Assembly: GCA_963843285.1 (NCBI GenBank)
Contig: CAWJJO010000022.1
Span: 60,985-124,984 of the forward strand
Direction: 5' to 3'
Origin: an uncultured bacterium
GTDB lineage: Bacteria > Acidobacteriota > HRBIN11 > JAKEFK01
Length of the DNA stretch: 64,000 bases
Shown here: positions 10,428 to 19,325 of the stretch, piece after piece
Position numbering within the stretch: position 1 is the first letter of the stretch
How the letters are laid out: the number at the start of each line of letters is the position of its first letter
Position numbers and translations under genes: made by a program
Notes under the pieces: generated by a model
Told to the model about the DNA's origin: nothing
What the model saw: only the letters and a program-made list of their open reading frames with translations
Databases searched by the model: none

Positions 10428-11155
10428 AATCAGAATCCTCCTCCTGTTTCGGCTCTCTCTTCCTTCTTCTGGCAGGTCTTGTCCTGGTTCGGTTCCTGGC
10501 CCCTGAATTGTTCAAACTTCTGGCTGTGCTGTTCGAGGGCACTCTCTATGCAGGCGGAATTGTTGTTGTTCTCGCCCTTGCCACCATCGGATACTTCACC
10601 TACAAAAACCTGCAGGGAAACAAACAAAAACAAGAAGAAAAGAAGTTTGCCCATGTGACCCGGACGGAAGCCCTGTACCGCTCTGTTGTGGACCGTCTTC
10701 AACGCGACATCGTCCTGAACCAGGTTAGTGCTGAGGAATTTTTACAATCGGAAATTCTGGTCGGTGAGAAAGTTCAGGAGATCAAGAAAGATCTGATCCG
10801 CTTGAAGGACTTCGCATCTCCCGAAAACCAGAAGCTGATGAACCAGCAATTGCGTGAATACAAACAAAAACTTCAGGAGAGCAGTGATCCTGCAGTCAAG
10901 GAAGTCGTGCAAGAGAATATTGCCATGCTGGAGGAAAAGAAGCAGAGAATCGCGACGGTAGCCGAGGAGATTCAACAGAAGGAAGCGTCACTGGATCTCA
11001 TTTTCAACAATCTTTCCAGGGTGGAGGATGATTTGAAATTCGGTCGATCCGTTTCCCGATTGTTTCCTGCGGAGATCTACAGAAGGTTCGGTGTGGAACC
11101 GCCATCGGACGCAGCCCGTCTACCGCCTCTGAGTGAGAAAAGCTCGAAAGAGTGA
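10424..11155 (+). CDS. Hypothetical protein with two TM helices and a long coiled coil
   Basis: Hydrophobic N-terminus, E/K/Q-rich helical body, ATGA overlap with the upstream gene. Confidence 0.7.
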   Translation: MKSESSSCFGSLFLLLAGLVLVRFLAPELFKLLAVLFEGTLYAGGIVVVLALATIGYFTYKNLQGNKQKQEEKKFAHVTRTEALYRSVVDRLQRDIVLNQVSAEEFLQSEILVGEKVQEIKKDLIRLKDFASPENQKLMNQQLREYKQKLQESSDPAVKEVVQENIAMLEEKKQRIATVAEEIQQKEASLDLIFNNLSRVEDDLKFGRSVSRLFPAEIYRRFGVEPPSDAARLPPLSEKSSKE

Positions 11156-11193
11156 TAGACCCGGTGTGGAGCACACGGGCCTATCAAAGTTCT

Positions 11194-11264
11194 GGAGTTG
11201 CGGGCCTCCGTGCCCGCAGGATAGGATGCACACTCGACGGCGGGCAGGGACGCCCGCCGGCTCC
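11194..11264. repeat. GC-rich REP-like doublet (GGAG...GCGGGCCTCCGTGCCCGC family)
   Basis: Related copies at 26446, 32149 and 52232. Confidence 0.8.
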
Positions 11265-11287
11265 GGAAACCGGAGACTGGTGAGAAT

Positions 11288-11830
11288 ATGAATCTGATAG
11301 ACGATTTGCTTTCCTACAATGACCGTCTCGAACCCAGGGATACGAATACATTAGAACTTGTAGTCGTCCATTGTACCGAGCTTCCTACATTGGAAATGGC
11401 GAAAGAATACGGAGAACGAATCATTCATCCGGATAGCAAAACCGGCAATTCGGGCCACTATTACGTGGACCGGGACGGCTCGGTGTACCGTTATGTGAGG
11501 GAAGACCGGACTGCATATCATGTAATCGGACGCAATCGCAATTCAATTGGAGTTGAATTGGTGAATCTGGGAAGATATCCCAACTGGTTTCATTCCAAAC
11601 ATCAGGAGGTCAATGAGGAGTATCCGCAGGCGCAAGTCGATTCACTCAAGGAATTTCTTTCGGAGATGAAACGCCGTTATCCGCATCTTGCAAAAATTGC
11701 GCGTCATTCCGATCTGGACACGTTGATGATCCCTGCGCAGGATAATCCCGATATCCGTATCCGCCGAAAGATTGATCCGGGCCCCTTGTTCCCCTGGGAA
11801 GAAGTTCGAAACTTCTGGCTTTCGCTTTAG
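11288..11830 (+). CDS. N-acetylmuramoyl-L-alanine amidase (Amidase_2)
   Basis: VVVHCT, SGHYYVDRDG, AYHV, SIGVELVN, HSD and KIDPGPLFPW motifs. Confidence 0.9.
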   Translation: MNLIDDLLSYNDRLEPRDTNTLELVVVHCTELPTLEMAKEYGERIIHPDSKTGNSGHYYVDRDGSVYRYVREDRTAYHVIGRNRNSIGVELVNLGRYPNWFHSKHQEVNEEYPQAQVDSLKEFLSEMKRRYPHLAKIARHSDLDTLMIPAQDNPDIRIRRKIDPGPLFPWEEVRNFWLSL

Positions 11831-11864
11831 ATCCGAATTGCCTGTCCGGCGTTCCTATAAGAAG

Positions 11865-12671
11865 ATGAAACTGTTTCAAGATGCCCGCGACTATCAGATC
11901 CTGTTTCTTAGCGGATTTTTGATTCTGGGAGTTTTCGGAAGAGATTTAACGGTGCATTTCCATCTGATGGCAGCCGTAGTAGCAGCCGGTCTGTTGACCC
12001 AGTACGCTCTGGCGCGCGGAACTTCGCTCAAAAGTGCCTGGATTACAGTGTTGAGTCTCTGCTTGCTACTTCGGGCAAACTCAGTTCTGACGATGGTCGT
12101 TGCCGGTGTGATCTCGATCCTGTGTAAGTTTGTGTTTCGCTATCGTGGAAAACACTTTTTCAATCCTTCCAATTTTGGGATCATCGCTGTTTTATCATTC
12201 ACCTCAGACGCATGGGTAACCCCGGGGCAATGGGGAGAGGAACTGTGGTATGCATTTCTGTTTCTTGGCGCGGGAGCGATGGTTGTTCGAAAAGTCGGAC
12301 GATGGGACACCACGGGGGCGTTTCTGCTGTGCTATTTTGGTTTGGAGGCCGCGAGGAATGTCTGGCTGGGCTGGACGTGGGATGTGTATTTACACCGGAT
12401 GACAAGCGGCGCGCTGCTGCTGTTTGCGTTCTTCATGATCACCGATCCTCGCGCGATTCCCGACAACCGGCGAGCTCGTGTCCTGTGGGCCGCTTTGGTT
12501 GCAGTACTCACATTTGTGTTGCGAAACAAGTTCTTCATGCCTACGGCTGCCTTCTGGGCATTGTTCATTCTTTCTCCATTGACGATTTTGTTTGATCGAT
12601 GGCGGCCGGCAAAAAGATTTGAATGGAAGGGGACTGTTTCTTCCCCGTCCGAAGGGAGGTTAGTTGCATGA
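11865..12671 (+). CDS. RnfD/NqrB-like integral membrane protein
   Basis: Multiple TM helices; HFFNPSNFG and FFMITDPR motifs. Confidence 0.75.
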   Translation: MKLFQDARDYQILFLSGFLILGVFGRDLTVHFHLMAAVVAAGLLTQYALARGTSLKSAWITVLSLCLLLRANSVLTMVVAGVISILCKFVFRYRGKHFFNPSNFGIIAVLSFTSDAWVTPGQWGEELWYAFLFLGAGAMVVRKVGRWDTTGAFLLCYFGLEAARNVWLGWTWDVYLHRMTSGALLLFAFFMITDPRAIPDNRRARVLWAALVAVLTFVLRNKFFMPTAAFWALFILSPLTILFDRWRPAKRFEWKGTVSSPSEGRLVA

Positions 12672-14011
12672 ATTGGAAGAGATGGATGTTGATGTTTCTG
12701 ATTCTTTCCGCAAGTTCTGCCGCGAGTTGGGGATTTTGTGGTTTCTTTGTTGCGAAAGCGGACGCAAAACTGTTTAACAAGGCTTCGCGGGTTGTGATCG
12801 CGCGGGACGGTGACCGCACAGTTCTTACAATGGCCAATGACTATCAGGGGGAACTGAAGGACTTTGCGATCGTAGTGCCAGTCCCTGTGGTTCTTCAAAA
12901 GGGGCAAGTACATATCGGTGATCCGCAGGTCTTGGAAAGACTCGATGCCTTCAGCGCTCCGCGGTTGGTGGAATATTTTGATCCCGATCCTTGCGCGCCC
13001 GTTCGAGTCTACGAGGCTATGCCGTCTGCTCCCATGGCAGCCGGAGCGGCAAAAGGTCGCGGCGCGGACGCCCTGGGTGTCAAGATTGAGGCGCAGTTTA
13101 CGGTCGGCGAATACGACATCATCATTTTAAGCGCGAAGGAATCGGGTGGTTTGGAGATCTGGCTCCGCGACAATGGATATCGCATGCCCGAAGGTGCTGC
13201 TCCACTCTTGCAACCGTACATCAAGCAAAACATGAAGTTCTTTGTCGCAAAGGTGAATCTGAAGGAGTTCGAGAAGACAGGCCAACAGTTTTTGCGGCCG
13301 CTTCAGATGGCTTATGAATCACCCAAATTCATGTTACCGATCAGGCTTGGCATGGCTAATGCGAAGGGAGAGCAGGATCTGGTCGCCTACATTCTTTCTC
13401 CGCAGGGGCGTGCCGAAGTTACGAATTACCGGACGGTGCGGATTCCATCCGATGCGGAAATCCCGATTTACGTAAAGGATGAATTTGGTGATTTCTATCG
13501 TGCCATGTTCCAACGTGCCTACGAACGGGAAGGGAAGAATGTTGTGTTTTTGGAATATGCATGGGATATGAACTGGTGTGATCCCTGCGCGGCGGATCCA
13601 TTGACCCCCGAAGAATTGCGAAAGGCCGGTGTCTTCTGGATGGATGAAACAGGTCCCTCCTCCAAAATGCGCCCTGTGCAGGGCGGCTCGAATGTATACA
13701 TTTCGCGTCTGCATGTTCGTTATGGCCGCGAAAAATTTCCGGAAGATCTGGTGTTTCAAGCCACACCCAATCGTGAGAATTTTCAGGGGAGATACATCCT
13801 CCGTCATGCGTTCACGGGAGAAATCACCTGTCAGGAAGGAAGGAAATACCGGAAGGATCTGAGACAGCGATTCGAGACAGAGGCTCAAACACTCGCCAAA
13901 CTTACCGGTTGGGAAATCAACGATATCCGCAAGAAGGCCGGGATTCAAGGCGCCCCGCAGACCGAAACGGAAGAAGAATCCTGGTGGGAGAAAATCTTCA
14001 ACGACGATTGA
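12668..14011 (+). CDS. DUF2330 domain exported protein
   Basis: Signal peptide; FCGFFVAKAD, APRLVEYFDPDPC, VGEYDIIILSA and WCDPC motifs. Confidence 0.8.
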   Translation: MNWKRWMLMFLILSASSAASWGFCGFFVAKADAKLFNKASRVVIARDGDRTVLTMANDYQGELKDFAIVVPVPVVLQKGQVHIGDPQVLERLDAFSAPRLVEYFDPDPCAPVRVYEAMPSAPMAAGAAKGRGADALGVKIEAQFTVGEYDIIILSAKESGGLEIWLRDNGYRMPEGAAPLLQPYIKQNMKFFVAKVNLKEFEKTGQQFLRPLQMAYESPKFMLPIRLGMANAKGEQDLVAYILSPQGRAEVTNYRTVRIPSDAEIPIYVKDEFGDFYRAMFQRAYEREGKNVVFLEYAWDMNWCDPCAADPLTPEELRKAGVFWMDETGPSSKMRPVQGGSNVYISRLHVRYGREKFPEDLVFQATPNRENFQGRYILRHAFTGEITCQEGRKYRKDLRQRFETEAQTLAKLTGWEINDIRKKAGIQGAPQTETEEESWWEKIFNDD

Positions 14012-14021
14012 TCGAAAGCAA

Positions 14022-14260
14022 GTAGGGGCTATGCATTTGCCATGAAAGCATCAGGATCGCCCCGAAGAAACGAAACATCGGAAGCAATTTTTGGATCATT
14101 GAAGTCTGCGCAAATGCACAGCCCGTCTGGATGTGTACGACCCTACCACTTCGTCTGACGGGCTGAGCATTTTCCACTGCGAACAAAATCGTGCATGGAG
14201 GAAGGCCTTCGCCAATCGCATCCGGAACGACACATCGATGGAAAAATGCTCAGCCCCTAC
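14022..14260. repeat. Tandem pair of GTAG-type REP doublets
   Basis: GTAGGGGCTATGCATTTGC..GCAAATGCACAGCCCGTC, then GACGGGCTGAGCATTTTCC..GGAAAAATGCTCAGCCCCTAC. Confidence 0.75.
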
Positions 14261-14292
14261 CACTTTTTCTTGAAATTGTTTAGAATACAGCG

Positions 14293-16494
14293 ATGCCAAA
14301 GGCAGCGTACTATTCTTGTCATATCTTATTCATAGTAGCTATCCTTCTTGCGGCCGGTTGCGCCGAGAGGCGTCCCCCTCGCCCTCCTGTGGAAACACGC
14401 AAGACCCCAACCGCCGTTCCCATGCCCGCTCCATTGTCTCTCCGGCCGCCGGTCATCCGGATCGGATTGAAAACAGACGCCAAGTCTTGCACAATTTCGT
14501 ACGGCGACACCATTTCTATCAGCGATGGAAACCGGCGAAAGGCAGTTCGTCAGATGGTGACCGCCTCGGTTAGTTTTGTCGCCGACATTCAGATCCGCTA
14601 TTCCGTGCAGATCGGCTCCTTTTCTTCTCAGGCAAATGCCCAGCAGGCTTTGAGTCAAGCGAAGTCCAGAACACATTACGACGCATTTCTGCGTGAGAAT
14701 GCGGACTTGCATCAATTTCAAGTTCGTCTGGGTCCCTTTTCCGGGAAAGAAAAGGCGCAACAGGTGATCGAAGATATCAAGACCAACGGCTATCCAAATG
14801 CATTCTATGTTGCGGAAGACACTGGCGGCGGAAAACTTCCTGATCTTGTCGTTCGCGATGAAGAAGGAAACGTTGTGATGAAAGCCGCCGGGGCCGTCCA
14901 GTTCTGGACATCCGCCGGAATGATTGAAATCGATCATATTCGTTATCGCGGCTTCGCAACTCTTCTTGTGAATTCCAATGGGCGAATCACAGTCATCAAT
15001 ACAATCAACATGGAAGATTATCTCAAGGGTGTGGTTCCAAACGAGATCGGTCCTGCATCGCTCGCTACTTATCAGGCGCTCAAAGCTCAAGGCGTTGCAG
15101 CGCGAACGTATGCCTATAAAAACTTGAAACAGTTTGACTCGGAAGGCTATGACCTCTGCTCCACCCCGCGATGTCAGGTGTATTCAGGAATGACTTCGGA
15201 AAATGATCTGACTTCGAAGGCGGTAGAAGAGACAGCAGGGGAAATCCTCACCTATCAAGGCCAACCGATCAACGCTCTTTACACATCTACTTGCGGCGGT
15301 AAAACAGAAAATGCCGAATATATGTTTGAAGGATGGAATTACCCGTATTTAAAAAGCGTGGAATGCTATCCGGAAGAATCGGAAACGGTTCGTGGAAAAA
15401 CAAAAATACGCGGTCAGAAGCAGGAATACTGGCTCAGCTGGCTCACCGCCAAGACGGGACAATCCTTTTCCGGAAGTACGAACGCTCCTTTGACGGAATC
15501 TGAGGTTCTTGAAACCACAAATTCTCTAATCCGTTATCTTGGAAAGAAGCCGTGCGGACAAGATCATCTGATCGGCGTTGATTGGATTCATATCGGCTCC
15601 TTCCTTGTAGATCAGCTTTGCTGGCAAGCAAAACGCGATTCGCTTCTAAACGAGAAAGATTATCAGTATTTCCTGAGCCGCCTGGATTTTCCGGTCTCGG
15701 TCGGCCCCGATTCGCATTCTTTCCTTTTCTTGTTTCACGATGGGATCCTTGTTCCGGAAGGCGGCGCAGATCTGAATCCGAATGCGCCGATGAACCGCAC
15801 AGAATTTCTGAAAGCGATGTACCGCATTCTGCAGCACTACCGGCAGATTAACGCAAAAGACGGAATGGTCCGTGAAATCGACGATCGACAGATCCAGATT
15901 GTGGATGATACAGGAGTGCATACGCAATCATATGAGAACCCCATTTTTCTATACCAGAAGATCGGGGATTCCGTTACACCGCGCAGCGAGCTCGTATGCT
16001 CCGCCGGCGACACGATCGAATACTATCTCGAGGGGGACCAGATCCGGATTCTCGTTTGCGAAGTGAGCCGGTCCGGCATCTCCGCAGATCGTTCTTCCAA
16101 GTACACCTTCTGGCAGGAAACGTTCACTCCTGAAGAACTGGGCCAGAAGATCAGCAAATACCTAGATGCCGGAGATGTCCTGGATCTTCAGCCTCTCAGC
16201 TATGGTGTTTCCGGCCGCGTTTATGAAATGAAAGTGATCGGAAGCAAAACAACCGGTATACTGAAGGGGATCCGGGTCCGTTGGGGGCTCGGGCTGCGCG
16301 ATAATTTATTTGTCGTCGACCGCACGATGGATCGCGGCGGAAGGGTCAAGAATTTCGTGTTTACGGGACGAGGTTGGGGACACGGACTCGGCATGTGCCA
16401 GGTCGGAGCATTAGGTTATGCAAAAATGGGAAAGGACTATCGAAGCATCCTGCTTCACTATTACAGCGGCGTCGGCATTACGAAAATGTTCTAA
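14293..16494 (+). CDS. SpoIID/LytB-domain lipoprotein with SPOR domain (lytic transglycosylase)
   Basis: Lipobox LAAGC; SPOR (YSVQIGSFS); EDYLKGVVPNE, AQGVAARTYA, CQVY and GWGHGLGMCQ motifs. Confidence 0.9.
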   Translation: MPKAAYYSCHILFIVAILLAAGCAERRPPRPPVETRKTPTAVPMPAPLSLRPPVIRIGLKTDAKSCTISYGDTISISDGNRRKAVRQMVTASVSFVADIQIRYSVQIGSFSSQANAQQALSQAKSRTHYDAFLRENADLHQFQVRLGPFSGKEKAQQVIEDIKTNGYPNAFYVAEDTGGGKLPDLVVRDEEGNVVMKAAGAVQFWTSAGMIEIDHIRYRGFATLLVNSNGRITVINTINMEDYLKGVVPNEIGPASLATYQALKAQGVAARTYAYKNLKQFDSEGYDLCSTPRCQVYSGMTSENDLTSKAVEETAGEILTYQGQPINALYTSTCGGKTENAEYMFEGWNYPYLKSVECYPEESETVRGKTKIRGQKQEYWLSWLTAKTGQSFSGSTNAPLTESEVLETTNSLIRYLGKKPCGQDHLIGVDWIHIGSFLVDQLCWQAKRDSLLNEKDYQYFLSRLDFPVSVGPDSHSFLFLFHDGILVPEGGADLNPNAPMNRTEFLKAMYRILQHYRQINAKDGMVREIDDRQIQIVDDTGVHTQSYENPIFLYQKIGDSVTPRSELVCSAGDTIEYYLEGDQIRILVCEVSRSGISADRSSKYTFWQETFTPEELGQKISKYLDAGDVLDLQPLSYGVSGRVYEMKVIGSKTTGILKGIRVRWGLGLRDNLFVVDRTMDRGGRVKNFVFTGRGWGHGLGMCQVGALGYAKMGKDYRSILLHYYSGVGITKMF

Positions 16495-16549
16495 AACCAC
16501 GCAAAGTTGCATTGGCGAAATACTCGCAGTACCATTCTCCTAACCCAAC

Positions 16550-17656
16550 ATGATCGGAAAAAGCTTCAAGGGAGATTTGTCGGATATCAGTCTTCCGGAT
16601 ATTCTGGAATTCCTGCGCGCATCCCGTAAGACAGGTGTAATCAGCTTCAAACGGGAAAGAATCAGAAAAAGCATTTACATTCAGGATGGGAATGTGATTT
16701 TTGCCGCCAGTAATCTTCCTGAAGATCGTCTTGGCGACCTGTTGCTTGCAAAAGGAAAGATTACGCGGCAGGAATATGACAGATCGGTCACGATGCTTGG
16801 CGGACCGAAACGTCAGGGACGAATCCTGGTGGAGATGGGCGCGATTACGCCCAAAGTACTCTGGGAGGGTGTTCAAGACCAAATCCGGTACATCGTATAC
16901 AGCCTTTTTAATTGGGACCGCGGCATGTTCTTTTTTTCCCAGGGAGAACTCCCAAGCATGGAAAACATTACTGCCGACGTCAGCCTATCCGAACTTCTGG
17001 TAGAAGGAATCCGCCGGATCAATGACCACCACATGCTTCAGAACAAGTTTCCTTCCCGCGATGTGGTGATAGCAAGAATGGATTTCGGCTTAAAACATCG
17101 CGCTTCGCTCGAGCCTTTCGAAAAACATGTGCTGGATCTGATTGATGGCCGGCGCACGGTTGAAGAAATTTGCAGAGACAGCGAGATTGGCGAACCGGGA
17201 ACCTTCAAAGTGCTTTATCTCTTGACGTGTCTCGGTTATATCAAAGTCAAAGGTCGCAGAGAAGATTCATCGGCAGACGCCTCTGCCGACATGAATTCAG
17301 ATGAAGTTAGAAGCATACTGACCAGCTATAACCGGATGTTTTCCTATCTCTACCGCTACATGATGAGAGAAGTAGGGCCAATTACAGAGCATGTCTTGAG
17401 CAAGTACCTCCTGGATATTCGAGATCTAAACTCTTCGGTGTTTCGAAATGTAATGTTGAGAAAGGATGGCACTCTCGACGATGCCACAATCGAAGGAAAT
17501 CTTCAGTGGGTACGCGCCGATCACAAGAAAGAGCTTCTCCTGTCCTCTTTGAATGAGTTTCTGTATTCAACGATCCTTGCCGTCAAGCGGACGCTCGGAC
17601 CGGAACACGAATCGCGCGTGATCGAGACTCTAAAGAATATCCGGCCAGAATTATGA
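16550..17656 (+). CDS. DUF4388 (PatA-N-like) domain protein
   Basis: FKGDLSDISLPDILEFL...KTGVI; RLGDLL; LFNWDRGMF. Confidence 0.85.
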   Translation: MIGKSFKGDLSDISLPDILEFLRASRKTGVISFKRERIRKSIYIQDGNVIFAASNLPEDRLGDLLLAKGKITRQEYDRSVTMLGGPKRQGRILVEMGAITPKVLWEGVQDQIRYIVYSLFNWDRGMFFFSQGELPSMENITADVSLSELLVEGIRRINDHHMLQNKFPSRDVVIARMDFGLKHRASLEPFEKHVLDLIDGRRTVEEICRDSEIGEPGTFKVLYLLTCLGYIKVKGRREDSSADASADMNSDEVRSILTSYNRMFSYLYRYMMREVGPITEHVLSKYLLDIRDLNSSVFRNVMLRKDGTLDDATIEGNLQWVRADHKKELLLSSLNEFLYSTILAVKRTLGPEHESRVIETLKNIRPEL

Positions 17657-17748
17657 CCCGCTCTCAGAAGCAGCAATTGATCGGAGTCTATCTTCTTGGG
17701 GTGGCTCTTTTGATCATTTTTCTCCTGAGGCATATCCTGATACAATAA
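17653..17748 (+). CDS. 31-aa single-transmembrane small protein (not in the ORF track)
   Basis: MTRSQKQQLIGVYLLGVALLIIFLLRHILIQ; ATGA overlap with the upstream stop; fills the intergenic gap. Confidence 0.5.
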   Translation: MTRSQKQQLIGVYLLGVALLIIFLLRHILIQ

Positions 17749-17751
17749 TCC

Positions 17752-18102
17752 GTGCAAGGGTGGATTTACTGGGGCTGGAGGTCTATGACAGACTTGATCA
17801 TCACCGTTGGCTGGCTTGGTCTAGGTCTTGGGCTTGTATATGCTTTTTTCCTGGGCCGGTCAGCTGAGGGAGATATAACACACATTCATAACGTCCAACG
17901 GATTCTGATGATTTCCGGTTCGGTGCTTGTTTCCGGTTACCTTTTGAAGTTCCTGGGTGTGCGGCTGCATCTGGGTTCCGGACGCTGCAAGACATGCGGA
18001 AAGAGGGTCAATAAGCACGAGATGTTTTGCTTCGATCATCGTATTGAGAAAATTCGCAACGCTCAGGAACTGGATAGAACCGGCGAGGTCAAACGAAGAT
18101 AG
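17752..18102 (+). CDS. Hypothetical membrane protein with C-terminal CxxC...C-x2-H zinc-finger-like motif
   Basis: Two hydrophobic segments; CKTC...FCFDH. Alternative start ATG 17785. Confidence 0.6.
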   Translation: MQGWIYWGWRSMTDLIITVGWLGLGLGLVYAFFLGRSAEGDITHIHNVQRILMISGSVLVSGYLLKFLGVRLHLGSGRCKTCGKRVNKHEMFCFDHRIEKIRNAQELDRTGEVKRR

Positions 18103-19010
18103 CATCCCCGGATCGTCCGATCATTATCCTTGGCGGACCAACTGCCGGCGGAAAAAGCCGGCTGGCGCTGGAATTGTCCGAGCGTTTGCCCAGTGAAATT
18201 CTAAACGCGGACTCCCGGCAGATCTATCGTGAACTCGAGATCGGTACCGCGCAGCCGCTGGAAAAGGATCGACGGCGAGTTCCTCATCACTTATTCGGGT
18301 TTCTCGATGCTTCGTTGCCATTCTCCGCTTCAGCGTACGAGAAACACGCCGTACCACTTCTAGCACAGATTCTGAACCACTCCTCTGTTCCAGTGATTGT
18401 TGGAGGAACCGGTTTTTACATCAGGGCTCTGCTGAAAGGCACCTGGCCCGTTCCACCGGCAGACAAGAGGCTCAGGATGCGTCTGAAGAGAGTCGAATCC
18501 CGGCGTGGACGTTCATTTCTGTACCGCATGTTGCAGCGTCTTGATTCCGAAGCAGCTTCGAGGATCGCGTTGAATGACAGCTATCGCGTCATTCGTTCGC
18601 TGGAGATAAGGATGCAAACAGGGAAGACAATCTCTGAACTGCAGCTTGCAATGCCGGATCGATTTCATGCTGTTAGATTCTTTGTTCATCCGGCCCGTGA
18701 AGAGCTTCAACAAAATATCCGTCTCAGGATCGATGAGATGTTTGCAATGGGCTGGACGGAAGAAGTGGAAAGGCTGCTGAGCAAATACGAGAATTTTCTT
18801 GAAATGCCCGCTGCCGCGGCTATCGGTTATCGGGAGATTGCGGCTCTGTTGGAAGGCAAGATCGATTTCGAAAGCTGCAAGGAGACAATCTTTCGGAGAA
18901 CATGTCGCTATGCAAAACTTCAGAATACATGGTTCCGAAATCAAGACGCTTTTCTTCCGGTATCCGGAGTCCGAGACTTGCATAAAATCGTTGAATCTGT
19001 ATTACAATGA
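18099..19010 (+). CDS. miaA: tRNA dimethylallyltransferase (probable non-canonical ATA start)
   Basis: GGPTAGGKS P-loop upstream of the ORF-track start; ADSRQIYR, VGGTGFY and YAKLQNTWF motifs; precedes hfq. Confidence 0.92.
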   Translation: MASPDRPIIILGGPTAGGKSRLALELSERLPSEILNADSRQIYRELEIGTAQPLEKDRRRVPHHLFGFLDASLPFSASAYEKHAVPLLAQILNHSSVPVIVGGTGFYIRALLKGTWPVPPADKRLRMRLKRVESRRGRSFLYRMLQRLDSEAASRIALNDSYRVIRSLEIRMQTGKTISELQLAMPDRFHAVRFFVHPAREELQQNIRLRIDEMFAMGWTEEVERLLSKYENFLEMPAAAAIGYREIAALLEGKIDFESCKETIFRRTCRYAKLQNTWFRNQDAFLPVSGVRDLHKIVESVLQ

Positions 19011-19070
19011 GAGAGGGATTCAGAGCGCGATACCCTCTTTAAAATCAGGCGGAAAATCATTGGAGGTGGT

Positions 19071-19325
19071 ATGGAAAAGTCGAGCAATGGGGGGCAGAGC
19101 ATCCAGGATGAGTTCTTGTTTTCTCTGCGAAAAGAGCGTCAGACAATTACTGTGTACTTGATGAACGGGTACAAACTCTCGGGGAAAATCAAAGGTTTTG
19201 ACCGGTTTACCGTCATTCTGGACAGCAACGGTCAGGATATCATGATCTTCAAGCATGCGATTTCTACGGTCGGGGCGGGAACGATCGGAGCGAGAAAGGA
19301 AACCCGGGAGCCGGGCAGGGAATAG
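19071..19325 (+). CDS. hfq: RNA chaperone Hfq
   Basis: IQDEFL..LRK, VYLMNG.KL.G.I..FD and IFKHAIST motifs; SD GGAGG. Confidence 0.95.
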   Translation: MEKSSNGGQSIQDEFLFSLRKERQTITVYLMNGYKLSGKIKGFDRFTVILDSNGQDIMIFKHAISTVGAGTIGARKETREPGRE

